From assembly GCF_018350175.1 (NCBI RefSeq), contig NC_058368.1, positions 2,418,001 through 2,482,000 on the forward strand: DNA of 64,000 nucleotides. Reading direction: 5' to 3'. Positions 1-13,427 of the stretch are shown piece by piece. This DNA is from Felis catus (Eukaryota). Position 1 is the first letter of the stretch. Every line of letters starts with the position of its first letter. Made by a program: the position numbers and the translations under genes. The notes below the pieces were generated by a model, which made no database searches, was not told the DNA's origin, and worked only from the letters and a program-made list of their open reading frames with translations.

Positions 1-289
1 AGACATTGGCTTACAGACTTTGTAAGTGTCATCAGAATATCAGTTTAGATGGAAAGGATGAGAAGGAACAATAAAGGTCAAAATATTAAAGTTATATCTG
101 AGAGTAACAATGTATGAGCAAATCGTAGCTTAGTATTCTTGCACATCAGGCAACGAAAAGCTCATTAATTCATTCTCAAACGTTGAAGAACCTGTTATGT
201 GTCACTGTTCTGTAGATACATAGATGGGTACTATGAGGTCTTCCTTCAAGGAGTTTACAGGGGGGAGTGCTGGATAGCAAATAAATAAT

Positions 290-530
290 AAGAGCACTGT
301 CTCTCAGGCCAAACTGCCTGGGATTCAAATTCCTGTTCTGTCCCTTACCAGACATGTGAAATTTGGACCAGTGACCTCTCTGTGCCTCATCTGATTCATA
401 TGAAAAATGTGGAAACTGGAATCAAACTACTTGGATTTAAATGCCAGCTCTATCAGTTGGTCAAGTCGTATTATCCTTCTTCACTTAACTAATGCATAAA
501 ATGGACAAAACAGAAGTCACTACTTCAAAA
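290..530 (+). mobile_element. MIR remnants
   Basis: ggattcaaattcctgttctgtc...ctctctgtgcctcatctg resembles the MIR core. Confidence 0.6.
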
Positions 531-539
531 GGTCTTTTA

Positions 540-710
540 TTTATTTTTTAGTCATTGAACAAAGTTAAGTGTAATTAACATGCAACGTTACATTACTTTG
601 ATTCAACAGTTCTATAGGTTACTCCATGCTCAGCACAATACATGTAGTCACTACCCGTCACCATACAAAACTGTTGACTATACTCCTTATGCTGTATCTT
701 TTCATCTCCC
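540..710 (-). mobile_element. L1 3' end fragment
   Basis: T-rich tail followed by gtagtcactacccgtcaccataca...tgctgtatcttttcatc, like an antisense L1 3'UTR. Confidence 0.6.
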
Positions 711-1399
711 TGTATCATTCAAAGGCTCTTTTAAAGAATGAGTGCTCAGTGAAATAATACACAAAGCCCTTATCATAATGCCCGGCACACACTAAGTGCT
801 CTAGAAGGTTAGCTATTACTACTATGATACAATTTTAACAAATGCTCTAATAGAATTATAGAAAAAATTCTATGAGAAGGCAGAGAGAGGACCAATGAAC
901 TGTCTTGTTACTTGGAAGACTTCAGAAAGGCATCGCAGAGCAGAAGATGGTTGAACCACATCACACAAGAGGGGGTACAAGGAGCTGCAGTACAGCAAAC
1001 TATACTAAAGTCAGTTCTGAGCTTGGTGGGGGGGGCACATCCATGGCGTAGAGGGTTGCTGGGGTACATGAAAACATAAATGGACCGAAGAGGAGAATGG
1101 CACACACACTACACTGGAAAGGTCATCTTGGCTACTGACATTTTCTTCTGTTAATTTATACAACAGCCACCATATATGTGGGACGCTGCAACCTACCTAG
1201 CCGATTCTACAGGAAACTCATACCACTATTCAACACTTACTCTTAACCTACAAATAGATCTAATAAGTTTCAGCATCCCAGCACATTAAAAACATTAAGT
1301 TATAAATGCTAGAGGCACATACACTGATGGCAGAAGTGAGATCTAAATAGCCTGACAGTGAGATAGGAAAGAAGACAAATGTACAACAGACCTGGCTGC

Positions 1400-1493
1400 A
1401 AGAGTCTGAACCAATCACCATTGCGACAACCAGTCAGTAGCCTCGAGAAGAGTCTGAACCAATCACCGTTAGGACAACCAGTCAGTAGCCTCT
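1400..1493. repeat. 48-bp tandem duplication
   Basis: aagagtctgaaccaatcacc...gacaaccagtcagtagcctc at 1400 and 1448, with 3 internal mismatches. Confidence 0.9.
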
Positions 1494-2743
1494 GGGGCTA
1501 TTTATGGGGATGATCTTCAGGCATCGAGAAACTGCTAATTTATGTAGGGAATATTCTGTTAAAAGTGTATGAAAATATGTAACACGGTTTAAATGTTAAC
1601 GCACATCTTGCATAAAAAGGATGTTTTACTGCTTGCAAGGGTAATTTTAGTCATCTGGAAGATTCACTCACATGCACACCCCGGATGATGCTATATAAAT
1701 TCAGCATTACTGTCTGATCTACAGTATATCCAAAGTACTTTGTAGAATGTGTGTTAGATAAAAATACCAGGCCTATGTTTACATAAACTGAAAATGAGTA
1801 GAATCTTCAGTGAAAATAGAATGTCTTTCAGAAAAACTAAGCAGACATATAAATACTATTATATGTCAAATAAAATTAGGCCACAGGATGTGAATCTTTT
1901 CATCTTTCCAAAACTGTTAACGTACACCTTTAAAAGAACTTACCACCAGTGTATTCCTAGTCATAACGCAGTATCACTTACAGGAAAAGCATCTACGAAA
2001 AACGTATCAGTATGCTGAAACACAGGTGTGGGGGATTTCGGGATGTGAAGAGAAATGCGACTGCTTTTTCCTGGGGCTAAATCAATTCCTTTCAAAGACA
2101 AAAAGTAGCATAAGGCAAACCATAATTACAAGCAATTTATTTAGGATATACATTTCAGCATAAATGTAGATGTTCATGTCTGAAATCTCTGAGTACAGAG
2201 GACTGTTCCAAGGCTCTGGAGAGAATATCAGCATCAGAGGAAGTTGGACTCTCCAGGTATTAAAGGATCTACTGCATAAACAAGTTTTCTTTTTCCTTTG
2301 GATTTTTGGTTTTTAATCTCAATCAACATAATAATTCACTTGAAAATAAAATCTGGAAAGGTCCTTTCTACTATACTAGGTTCCTCCAAAAAAAAAGAAA
2401 AAAAAAAAAAAAGAGGGTATGAGGTACCTTCTTAAGAGAGTTAACTCTTAATAAAATCAAAGGGTCACTAAAAAACAAAACAAAACAGAAACAAAATTCT
2501 AAAAACTGATGTGAAAGTTCTTAAAACCTCCCTCCCGCATCACGACAAAAAAATAAAAAGCAGTAAGTACAGCCATGCCGAGGCTAGCTCCTAACCTACT
2601 TTAAACTTGTCCTAGAAGGACCTTCTGATCATTTGGATCCAACTGTAAGAAAACACTAGGACCGAGAAGTAGTTTCTTCTTCCAGGGAGGAGAGTGTCAT
2701 TTGGGGGAGTGAGTGGGTGACATCCTGAAATCCCTCACTGATG

Positions 2744-2800
2744 AGGGCCACCCTGGACAGCTGTGTGCATTGCACAAGTCCATGGGGCACCATTCGCTGG
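2744..2800. mobile_element. hAT-Tip100 (MER91-like) end fragment
   Basis: agggccaccctggacagctgtgtgcattgcacaag resembles the recalled MER91 terminus. Confidence 0.4.
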
Positions 2801-4029
2801 AATCACCATGCAATCGTCCAGCAAATGGGAGCAAAGCGCACTGAGGAAAGGGTGTGTGTTCCCAATCTGTACAAAGTTATCACACGGGACAGGTGCATTG
2901 CTGTCACTGACATCTCCTGGTTTGCAGGGGCTGTGAAGGCCAGAGAAAAGTACAGGACGTCCCACGGGAAGCTCCTGTCACTCTCTGCATTCACTGCAGG
3001 CCCAACAGTTGTCCTTTTCCCCCTCCTGTGTTCTACCAAAGGGGGCCAGCATCAGAAGTTATGACTTGGTCGGGCAGAGGGAAATACTTATTCATGACCA
3101 TGGAGCCCTCAGGCAGCTAAATGATGGAACAGTTGATGTTGCTATTAACATCCTGCTCTTTAGTTAATATTCTAATGAAAAGATAAAGAGTGCTTAGATC
3201 AAGATGGAAAGAAGTCAAGGATAAACATTCACATGGTTTTTGGCACACACGGTGTTTGGCTGGAAAGTCTGTTTAAAACCTAGTGTTGGGACTATGCAAG
3301 TTCTGTGGGAAAAAATGAAGAACAAGAAGAAACAATGAACAATGAAAATCCCGTTCTGAAAGAAAATAAGAAAAAATCATAGGAAACAAAAGTGGCAACC
3401 TTACAACATCAGAAAGCAAGATAAGATGCCAGACAGACAACAGAAACACTTGAGAAGGGAGCTGGTCTCACTAAATAAGAGAAAACACCATTATAAAACT
3501 TAAAATACTTTAAGAAACAGAAAAGATTAGAATCAACCTTGCAGTAATATACGGACTACATGATAGGGGGGAAAAATCACACAGAAGGCAGAAGAAAAGC
3601 ACGAAGAAAAGCAATCAGGGAAAAGAACATCCACATGCATGACAGACACAAAAACTCAGCCTCTGATTAACTGCCGTGCTCCGGAAAGAGAAAGGGCAAA
3701 ATCAGACATCAATTTCCAAAATAATAGTGTAAAACAAAAAAACAAAACAAAACAAACTTTACTGAAATGAAGCTTTGAATTTGCTCCTCTGCCACCGTCT
3801 TATGTATGTGTATGTACTTCGGGTTTGAATAATCCTGGAAGGCCTCAGAGGAAACTGATCAGTTTTAGTCTCTTTCAGAAAACCTAAGTAAGGCAGATGT
3901 TAGAAAATCGAAGTAAGGTTGAAACCATGACACCTTTATTGTCGGTTATCTCAAAAGCTGTTTTCTAAAGGGCTAATACCCAAAAAAGGGCACAGTAAAG
4001 GATGTCATAATTTATTTCTAAGATGATTT

Positions 4030-4179
4030 GTTTTTAATTTTTTATTTATTTTATTTTTTTAGTAGACTTCGCGCCCTGCGCGGAGCCCAGTGCAGAGCTG
4101 GAATTCACCACCCTGAGATCAAGACCTGAGCTGAGATCAAGAGTCGGACGCTTAACCAACTAAGCCCCCTAGATGCCCC
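4030..4179 (-). mobile_element. Can-SINE (short, older)
   Basis: T-rich tail; gagctgagatcaagagtcggacgcttaacc. Confidence 0.85.
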
Positions 4180-6133
4180 TATTCTAAGGTTATTCTTAAA
4201 AGACACGTCTCAGTCTTTAGCGGTCCAAAGGGGAGCGCACATTCAAACCACTCGACCCAGAGGGCTGGAGAGAGCTTTTTTGCCCGTCCTCATCTCATTC
4301 ACCGCAGTTCAAGAGAACTTTTCTACTAGGAACGGACTAAACGGTATTAAGCGTAACTTTTACCCGAACAATGAGAGTTCGTAAGATACTTCCACAGATC
4401 TGCTCTGTTGGCCAAGGTATATACGGTTACACATAAACAACCAGCGGACTGGCATGAGGGCAGCAGCTGCCGGAGAAACTAGCCCCTCAGAACGAAGAGT
4501 ATAGCATGTAGTGGTGGAGATCAAAGAAACGCCGGGGGCCTGTCGGTGGCTCTCTTGTCATCCGAAACCCACCAGAGACCAAATTTAGAGTCGCGGTAGG
4601 TGGAAAGTGATGGCAGTGGGGATGAATTCCCATCACCACAACTATTTGCTTCTCAAACCCGCATCTAAAGCTAAATACGTGGGGAAGGAGGGGCAGCAGA
4701 AATGCTGGGATCTGGGGCTATGCTGAGCACGTGAGAACCATCCACATGGTTCTGGTTATATATAAAATGCTCCATGGATTTCGAGGATTACTTGTAATGC
4801 AGGAAAAAATGTGACAAAGGAATTAAGAGCAATGAGTGATGTGAAGTGGATAAAAGAGATCTTTGAAAGCTGATGACTTCTGTTAAAACATTTCCCTAGT
4901 TTATTGCCTTTAAAGCAACAGGTGCTTCACCATTCTGTCTCTAGTTTTTATCCATGAAGTGACAAATTCGAAAAAGTTAGCTCTCTGTTCTTTGTTGAAC
5001 ATTCTTTGCTTTCTGCATTCCCAGGAAGAAAGTGAGAAAAGAAAGAGCCTTCCTTACAATGCTTTCAATATATCCAATATACCCACAATGCATTAGACCA
5101 AACGTAGTAAAACCGTATTCATTTGGGACCTTTATTTTGGAATTTGTAACAATCTGGATACCATATTATTGCTTTGCTGTCTTTGAACTTTCTGTGGCCC
5201 ATCTGAAAGACTATCTTTTCTTCTTAAAGAAAACTTTTACAAGTGGAAAAATTTCAGTCATTAGAACTTTCCGATTTTGTTCTGAATTGGGGGAGAATTC
5301 ATCGTATATGAAAAAAAAGTCCTGCCAGACTAAATTAGAAATATTAACTGCATAAGCTATACTTCACAATAAACTCTACAAAATGAGAGAATATTAGCCA
5401 AGGAGACAAAAGTCACTCTTAGAAGACCCTGAAGTTCCGGGAATGACTCTGGCTGGCTTCTGACTGTTGTCTGGTCTAGTGAGGGCCTAGCCTAGACTTC
5501 TTTCCAGAGACTAGAAGAACGCTAGTGTGACTTTCCTTGGATAAGTGCAGTAATGAAATGGCATATGCTTATATTAACTTAAAAAAAAGCGTAGAGTTCC
5601 GTGTAGAGAGGAGTGGCCACTGGCAGGGGACGCTGATGAGTAAAAACATAAGTGCCTTCTCTTCCAGTAACTGCTTTCTCTCTCCTGATGAGATCAGTGA
5701 ACAGAATACTCACTTTCTCTTCTTCCATAATTACCTTGCAGGAAGTACATAACAACTACATAAACTTCTGTTTATGCTCTTAACAAAAAGTTTAAATTAG
5801 GCTTCATATGATTAAAAAAAAAAAAAGACTAGAGTCTCGACTTAAAACTACAATCCCAAGTTTCATCAATATCACTCATTGCAACCATAACTAAGTAACA
5901 TTTTCCAAGGGAATGATTGAGTCACTTCAGTTTATTTCCCCCTGCTCCCACAGGAGAAGGTAAACCACTTTGTGAACTCTTGCTAAAACTATTCAACATC
6001 AACTTATTTAACAAATACCAGGCATCTCCTCTGGCCTAGCATTGTATGGAGATAAAATACAGAGGCGCTCACTTTCCAGTGGGGGAGGCGTAATGGAATG
6101 GAAGGTGGGAAGTGCTAGACAGAAGTAAGAAAG

Positions 6134-6213
6134 GAGCACCTAGTGGTTTGCAAGTGTGTATGTCTCACTGATGAGCACCTAGCGGTTTTTAACTGTGTAT
6201 GTCTCACTGATGA
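6134..6213. repeat. 39-bp tandem duplication
   Basis: gagcacctag(t/c)ggttt...tgtgtatgtctcactgatga at 6134 and 6173. Confidence 0.9.
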
Positions 6214-7169
6214 TCAATTTCAAACTACGGTCATTATTTTTCCCCTGTTATTTATCACCCATGACATTGTGACTTCTTACTTTTCAAAATGAGACATGCA
6301 TCAGACTAATATTTTTCAAGATGATACAATTAAGTTTAAGTAGGAAGTTAGAAACAGGTCTGGTATCAGTAAATTTATTTGGATTGTGGTCTCTCTCCTT
6401 TGGGCAGCAGAGCAGTAACAAAGAACCTTTTGTGGTGGAAGCTGTGGTCTAATTTCTGCAACGAACTCATCCATGCAAAAAGTTCTCAAAACTGAGAATT
6501 TCAGGTAAGCCCGGAGAAAGTGCTGCTATCAGAGGGCTGAGTCACAAACAGAGGCTGCTGCTAAAGATAACAACATTTAGGACACCGTATCCTACAATAA
6601 ATGAGCCAGTCTGGAGTAAAGAAGGATGGGCCCTTCTCTCCTCCCTCCCACCCCTTTGTGGGGAACAGCTGCAGTCTGTAGCTGTAAAGTATTTTACAGT
6701 TTGGGACTGCAGAAGGAAAGTAACTCATTCCTATAGTACTTTGCACCGCTTTCTCCCCAGACTGCCACATTCTCTGTGATCTACTCAGACTTCCATCCCC
6801 AAGTCCCAGGAAAAGACTGTCTGTCCCCTTAGTTAAAAGAACACTGTGTGGATGGCCACGTAAAGCTTGTGGCTGAACACTGATAGCAGTTTGCCTGGCA
6901 CCAGGTTCCTCTAGCCCCATACCCTAACCCTACACAAAATTTGGTCAAAGAGTGGAATTATTTTTTGAAAACAGCAATTTGTTGCTTGCATATAAACAGA
7001 AATTGCATCCAAAACAAAAACAAATTTAAAAAAAAACCTTCAAATAAATAAATGGAAAGATAACAAAAGCCTGAAAGAAGGGGCAGATTTGCAATTTATT
7101 AAAAACAAAACTATATTTCTATTTAAAACTTCCATTGGTAAAATAAATAAATAAATAAATATTCCATTG

Positions 7170-7170
<1 letters not shown>

Positions 7171-7200
<30 letters not shown>
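7171..7200. repeat. (TAT)n microsatellite
   Basis: Seen directly. Confidence 0.9.
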
Positions 7201-7246
7201 GAACTAGGTCTTTGTGCAAAATAAATATCGTACTAATTTAAAATGT

Positions 7247-7478
7247 CGGGGCGCCTGGGTGGCTTAGTCGGTTAAGTGTCTGACTTTGGCTCAGGTCATG
7301 ATTTCATGGTCTATGGGTCTTTAGGTTCGAGCCCTGTGTTGGGCTCTGTGCTGGCAGCTCAGAGCCTGGAGCCTGCTTCAGATTCTGTCTGTCTCTCTCT
7401 CTCTCTGCCTGTCCCCAGCTTGTGTGCTCTCTCTCTTTCAATAATAAATAAACTTGAAAAAATTATTTAAAAAAATAA
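7247..7478 (+). mobile_element. Can-SINE
   Basis: ggggcgcctgggtggct head, (CT)n, A tail, TSD taaaatgtc. Confidence 0.95.
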
Positions 7479-9337
7479 AATGTCAACCTTAGTTTTGTTC
7501 ATTGCTAATATGATTTTCCTGAAACTGATGTTTGCTCCTGTGTCCTTAAGCTTCCGCATTTACCCGGCTACCTGGGATGAGCGTCGATAAACCTTACTGC
7601 GTACCTTTCCAGAAGACAGGTTAAATAACCACTTACTGCTTCTGACTGTAATCAAAACACTTCACAAAGCTAAGCATGTAACACAGTTACTTGTTTCTGG
7701 TCCCTTTTTTCATTTGGCTAACTTACTTATTGCTCTAGGAATCCTTCCTCAAGTAGCCACTTTGGGTTGGGTAGCCTCTCAGGTAGGAGCATAGCGAACC
7801 CAGAGTAAACTTTCATCAAGCTCTGTGCTGGAATCGTCTGTTGTCCAGTACAATGAATTCTTTAAGGACGGAAAATGTATTTTTGTCCCTCTGTATCACC
7901 AGTGCCTACTGCATGGTTAATATTGCTAAATGGTTAAAAAAAAACAAAATGTGCCAGAACTCATGGGTCTTTACGAATGGGAACCAATTCCAAACCCAGA
8001 GTGTGACGGTAAAAAAATAATAATTTAAAAAGATTTTGGTGTGTGAATACACAAGTTTGTTTTGTGTGTTTACGCATTTAAAACCCCATTAACTTATTAA
8101 AATATCTTTAGGTAGGTGTGCACTTTGTCATGTGCAACTGCACTAAAGAAGTTCTCACGCAAAAGGAAATAAAGGCCCCTTGGTTCCTGTTATTATAACC
8201 ACAAATTACTGTATCCTGTTAAGTTCTTCGGTTTTAAAAAATGCCTTCTTGGGAAGAGGAAAGAGGTAAAGCCATTGACAGGTGGGGTAGTGTTAACCGT
8301 ACCAGAGAATATTGCCTTATTTTTTGCCGATTGTACAAACCATAGAATCTCAGAAACAGAATGCTCTCAACTGGATTACACCAGCTGCTTCACACTCTCC
8401 TGTAAATCTGAATGAATGACCTAATGGATTTCAGGCCTTACATCATGTTTGGTTTAGGTTTTAACGGATTGTTTCAGCTTTGGCTTGGAGATCACTGACA
8501 TAACTTTACAGTGTATTTATGATAAAATTTTGCTATCAGAATGTACTGGTAGGAAACGAGAGGGCGATGAGCCAGACATTTTACCAAGCATTGGCAAAGC
8601 AGGTAGAATTTACGAGCAAAGGTACTGGGACGCATGCCACTTGTATTTCTGTTGATGTTTACAAATTAAATCGCCAGTTAAAAAAAGTGATGCATAGATT
8701 ACACAATAAAAATACACAATACAGAAAAACAAGTCATACACAGATATGGCTATATATTTTGGCAAATTAATTTATTATTCAAGCAAATCACTTAAGACCT
8801 GGCAAAGATTTGCCAAAATCTCTCTTTTGGCTTTTACTTTATTCTTTGGACAAATTTCATGAGAAGATATCCATGCTTTTATTTAGTAATTTCTGAGGAT
8901 ACTGTAACAGTGAAGATTTAAAACGATTCCATAATAGAATCTGTTGTATATTGACTGGAAAACCAAACAGACTGTTTGTGTTTTGCTTTAAGCATAAGTA
9001 AAGTAGACAACTGCTAAATAAATAAATGGAAGAGAATTTCCCATTTTACTATTTCAAATGCCATTACTTTAAGTACTCAGTCATGTTTCTCCGTCAACTT
9101 CTCTACCACGCTTTCTGTCATTTACAACACTTGGGTCAAATGAGGAATCATTAGTTTCTATAACTTAACATGCAAATACAGGAAAGAAGCCGTATAAAAC
9201 CGTGCCAGTGAATCATACACGAAGTTAGCAGAACTGTTAGCATTTGCCTAGGAAACAGTGAGGTGTGTACTAAACGAAGTTCTCTGGGTACATGTTAAGA
9301 AAAATCTTTATCTTGACCCCTGAGAATTTTAGAATCC

Positions 9338-9539
9338 TTTTTTTAAGTTATAGTTCTTTATTTTTGAGAGGGAGAGAGTGAACAGAGGAGGAGCAGAGAG
9401 AGAGAGGGAGAATCCCAAGCAGGTTCCATGCTGTCAGTGTAGAGCCCAACATGGGGCTCTTTCCCACCAACTGTGAGATCATGACCTGAGCCAAAACCAA
9501 GAGTTGGATGCTTAACCGACCGAGTCACCCAGACGTCCC
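9338..9539 (-). mobile_element. Can-SINE
   Basis: TSD tgagaattttagaatc on both sides. Confidence 0.95.
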
Positions 9540-10439
9540 TGAGAATTTTAGAATCTTATATGAGAAACAAAACCAGTAAAAACCTGTGGTTGATGGTAAG
9601 TTGTTACATATGTACTTTAAGGGTAGGCATGGGCAGAACTAGCACTGGGGTAATCTTGTTAAAATGTATCTGGTGATAATCTCCTCCCGTGTTTTTTACA
9701 ACTAAGAGAATAACTCTACTTGAATCTCGGGAAGAGTGGGGGACAGAAGAAGAGACAGAGCCTGAAGTGCTGAAATGATTCAGGCAACCCAAATCTCCAA
9801 ACATGAATTGCCAGGGAAGTCCCAAAGAGTAACTAACTCTTAATATTTACATACTTGGATGGATTTTGTCACTTTGTTCAGTATAAAATTAATTTCTCAA
9901 TATTTATTGCTATTGTTTACTTAATTGACGAAATTAAAAACTTTACATATGTACTACAGATTACCAGTATTAATAACATTCCTGTGAATTTGTAAGTAGA
10001 ATCCTAAGCTCTGAGAACTTGAATAACCCAACCTACTTCCAGGCCACAGGGTGAAGAGAGGAAACTTGAAGACGCTCAGACAATGGGCCTTTAAGACTTA
10101 AAGGAGAGGGACAGACAAAGGTGTGTGTTCTCTTTATAAAGCTACACACAGGGTAAACGAGTGTAATAGGGCTAATGGACCATACACTGGGCTGGAAAAG
10201 AGAATGCAGAGAGTCAAACAGAAGCAAAGAATTGGTGAAAGGGAAGAGTAATACCATAAATTATCTGACTTGAGGGTAACATCACTGAAAAGCTAGGAGT
10301 AACGCACTGAGACATGATAAAAGCAGTGAACTAGAAATAATTTTAGATATAACATTGCAAACATTTCATAATATGAAGAAAGAAGGGACAAGGGACGTAT
10401 TCTAACACATTAGATCTCGCACAGGCTCTAAGTCCCCAC

Positions 10440-10575
10440 ACTACATGGTCACACTTCCTGGTGTCCATAACTCCCTGAAAGTATACGTGAAAACGTGTAT
10501 ATGCACTTTGGGGAAGAAAGTATACACCTTTCATCACGTTCTTAAACGGATTCACAACCTATTCAAAGATAAGAA
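10440..10575. mobile_element. hAT-Charlie DNA transposon fragment
   Basis: ctttcatcacgttcttaaacggattcacaacc...aagataagaa resembles a Charlie-type terminus. Confidence 0.4.
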
Positions 10576-11975
10576 ATAAGTGACAATGATGCATCAGCAA
10601 ATATAAAGTGATAATATGATAAAATACAATGATTAATAAAATCTTAAAATGCTCCAATTTTGAGTACTGCCCATATTAGAATAGTGTATACAATTAATTA
10701 ACTTTAAATAACTGAGATGAATATCAGACTCAATCTGTTTTCAACATTTGGCTGTAGGGATCTCTTAAAATTTCAAAGGAAAAAAAAAAAAAGCTTCCCA
10801 AAAAGGACTAAATATAAGATGAGAAACCTATTTTCTGATTCCAGGTCCTTCAAAAATATCTTACATTTCCCATCAGCTAAACTAGATTTAAATAAAGAAT
10901 ACACAACTGCTGTCTGGCCAGGACAAAGCAGTGTCCTAAAGGACATCTTCGCTGTATAACATCATCGTACGTTTTCACCGATGCAGTGCAAAAGCCACTG
11001 TAGGGTGCTTTCCCCAAACTAGGCACTACTCTAAATAAGGCACTATCTAGGCACTTAGCACAACAAAAACTTAACAGCTTTTAGCAGAGAAACCACCATA
11101 TAGAAATATGGATAAGAGACTGGAGAGCAAAGATACAGGGGCAAGAGACAGTCCCCCAAAGGTCAAGGACAGCTCACTTTTAGTCTAGTGAGCCATTAAC
11201 TTTATTTCTATAATATGAAAAAACATTTTGTGAATAATATTGTTTTGCAAAGTTCTAAGAAAAACCTTCCTAATCAAGATATAAAACTCAGAACTTTAAT
11301 AATGGCAAGTTTTTTTAAGTCATGGTAAAGGGAAGACAGTTTTTACACTTTCCTTTTTGCCTTTTCTCCTCAATTTTCTGTAACATACATATATTTCAAG
11401 AAAACACCCAACATGAGTAATCTTTAAGAATCAAGATAGAGCCAACAGCTCCAACTCCCTTCCTAATATATTTGAAGGAATTTCAGTAACCACAATAAAA
11501 TAGTATTTTGACGGTGTTTCAAGAAGCAATCTTTTCACGATGGTAGTTTACAATGGATTTAGTCACTGCCCGGTGGCCAAGTCGACTCTTGAAACTCCAA
11601 GTCCTAATTTAAAAACAAAACAGTTGCAGTATTGCATAAATAAGTAAAATCAATTACAAATTAAACATGTTTACTTATAGTTAGGCTTTTAAAAAAGTGT
11701 GCCTTTGGCTCATATTATACCACTGACTGTCCACTTTCTATTGCAGTGGTTTCCTGGCTAAATCCCGATGTCTGCTTATAATCACTTTCCTGGCTCGCCA
11801 TTGAAGTATCTTACACTTGGCATGGCTACTGGAAGAAACGGGCTTTCCTATCACACCTCGAGAGATGTAGCACTGCTGATCAGATGGTGCTCACCTGTCC
11901 ACTCTTTTTCCTCTGCAGTATCTGCAGTCACAGCCACGGGACACACACTGAAGCAACACATCAAAGCAGTACTAA

Positions 11976-12192
11976 GGGGCACCTGGGTGGCCCAGTTGGT
12001 TGAGCGTCCAGACTTCGGCCCAGGTCACGGTCTCGTGGTTCCTGAATTTGAGCCCCACATCAGGCTCACTGCTGTCAGCCTGTCAGCCCAGAGCCACTTC
12101 AGATCCTCTGTCCCTTCTCTCTGCCCCTCCCCCACTTGTGCCCTCTCAAAAATAAATAAACCTAAACATTAAAAAAAAAAAAAAAAAAAAAA
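11976..12192 (+). mobile_element. Can-SINE
   Basis: Head, poly-A, TSD aa(a/g)gcagtacta. Confidence 0.95.
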
Positions 12193-12579
12193 AGGCAGTA
12201 CTACACCACAACAGCAGTCTCCTAACATGGACTTTAACATCGGAGCAATTCCAAGCATTCCACAACTCCCCAGTACTGTGGGTCTGATCGGGGAAGAAGC
12301 CACAGTAGGGCTCTGACCAAATTAACTGGAAAATAATTTGTCTTTAAAACATCGTTAATAGTGTGATTTGATCTCTTGGTATTTACACTGCACACATAGA
12401 AATCAATCCGCGAATAATTTCTTATGTATTATCTTCTAATTGAATACACTAGCAAATGAGAAAAAGGACAGGATATTCCCAAACAGATTTAAAGTCACTC
12501 CTATTTTGCTTTGGAATATCTAAAACAATTTATGAAAAAATATTGTACTTTCCTGTTTTAGGTTTTTATCATGTCTAAT

Positions 12580-12751
12580 GTTTATTTAGGGGGGGGGGAG
12601 GGGCAGAGAGCGAGGGAGACAGAAACCGAAGCAGGCTCCAGGCTCCGAGCTGTCAGCACAGAGCCCAACATGGGGCTCAAACTCACAAACCGCGAGATCA
12701 TGACCTGAGCCGAAGTCGGATGCTTAGCCGACTGAGCCACCCGGGCGCCCC
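12580..12751 (-). mobile_element. Can-SINE
   Basis: TSD tatcatgtctaat at 12567-12579 and 12752-12764. Confidence 0.95.
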
Positions 12752-12936
12752 TATCATGTCTAATTCAAAAAACGGTTTGCATTACCAGGGTAGACACCAG
12801 CCAAGTCATGAGGACCAGAAGAGGGAGATGCTTGGAACTCACGTGCCAACAGGAAACACAGGTATAAAGTTTCTAGTACAGAATACATAAATCATACCAT
12901 ATACATGTGGATAAATTTAAGATTTTACAAGGCTGT

Positions 12937-13356
12937 CTAAATGGCCATCAACTGATGAATGGATAAAGAAATTGTGGTTTATATACACAATGGAATACTA
13001 CTTGGCCATGAGAAAGAATGAAATTATGGCCCTTTGTAGCAACGTGGATGGAACTGGAGAGTGTTATGCTAAGTGAAATAAGTCATACAGAGGACAGATT
13101 CCATAGGTTTTCACTCCTATGTGGATCCTGAGAAACTTAACAAGACCATGGGGGAGGGGAAGGAAAGAAAAAGGTTAGAGAGGGAGGGAGCCAAAACATA
13201 AGAGACTCTTAAAAACTGAGAACTGAGGGTTGATGGGGGCTGGGAGGGAGGAGAGGTGGGTGATGGGTATTGAGGAGGGCACCTGCTGGGATGAGCACTG
13301 GGTGTTGTATGGAAACCAATTTGACAATAAATTTCATATTAAAAAAAAGAAAAAAA
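12937..13356 (+). mobile_element. 5'-truncated felid-type L1 (ORF2 end, 3'UTR, poly-A)
   Basis: L1 3'UTR ending ggaaaccaatttgacaataaa; perfect 18-bp TSD aagattttacaaggctgt at 12919-12936 and 13357-13374. Confidence 0.95.
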
Positions 13357-13427
13357 AAGATTTTACAAGGCTGTATTTCTTAATAGTAATCACAACTTTT
13401 ATTCTACACATCACACATTCATGGAAC

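Noticed and set aside
1400..1493. CRISPR-like repeat-spacer array
   Set aside because: Only two adjacent copies, no unique spacers, mammalian context, no cas genes.
5045..5100. Minus-strand HCGYIGYIESIVRK as a possible MICU2 exon 2
   Set aside because: Only a superficial likeness; the QRFMQF and MTPRDF motifs are absent.
5612..5636. CTCF-like motif ctggcaggggacgctg
   Set aside because: Three mismatches to the core consensus; not supportable without ChIP data.
7247..7330. tRNA-like A/B boxes in SINE heads as tRNA genes
   Set aside because: They continue into SINE bodies with (CT)n, poly-A and TSDs.
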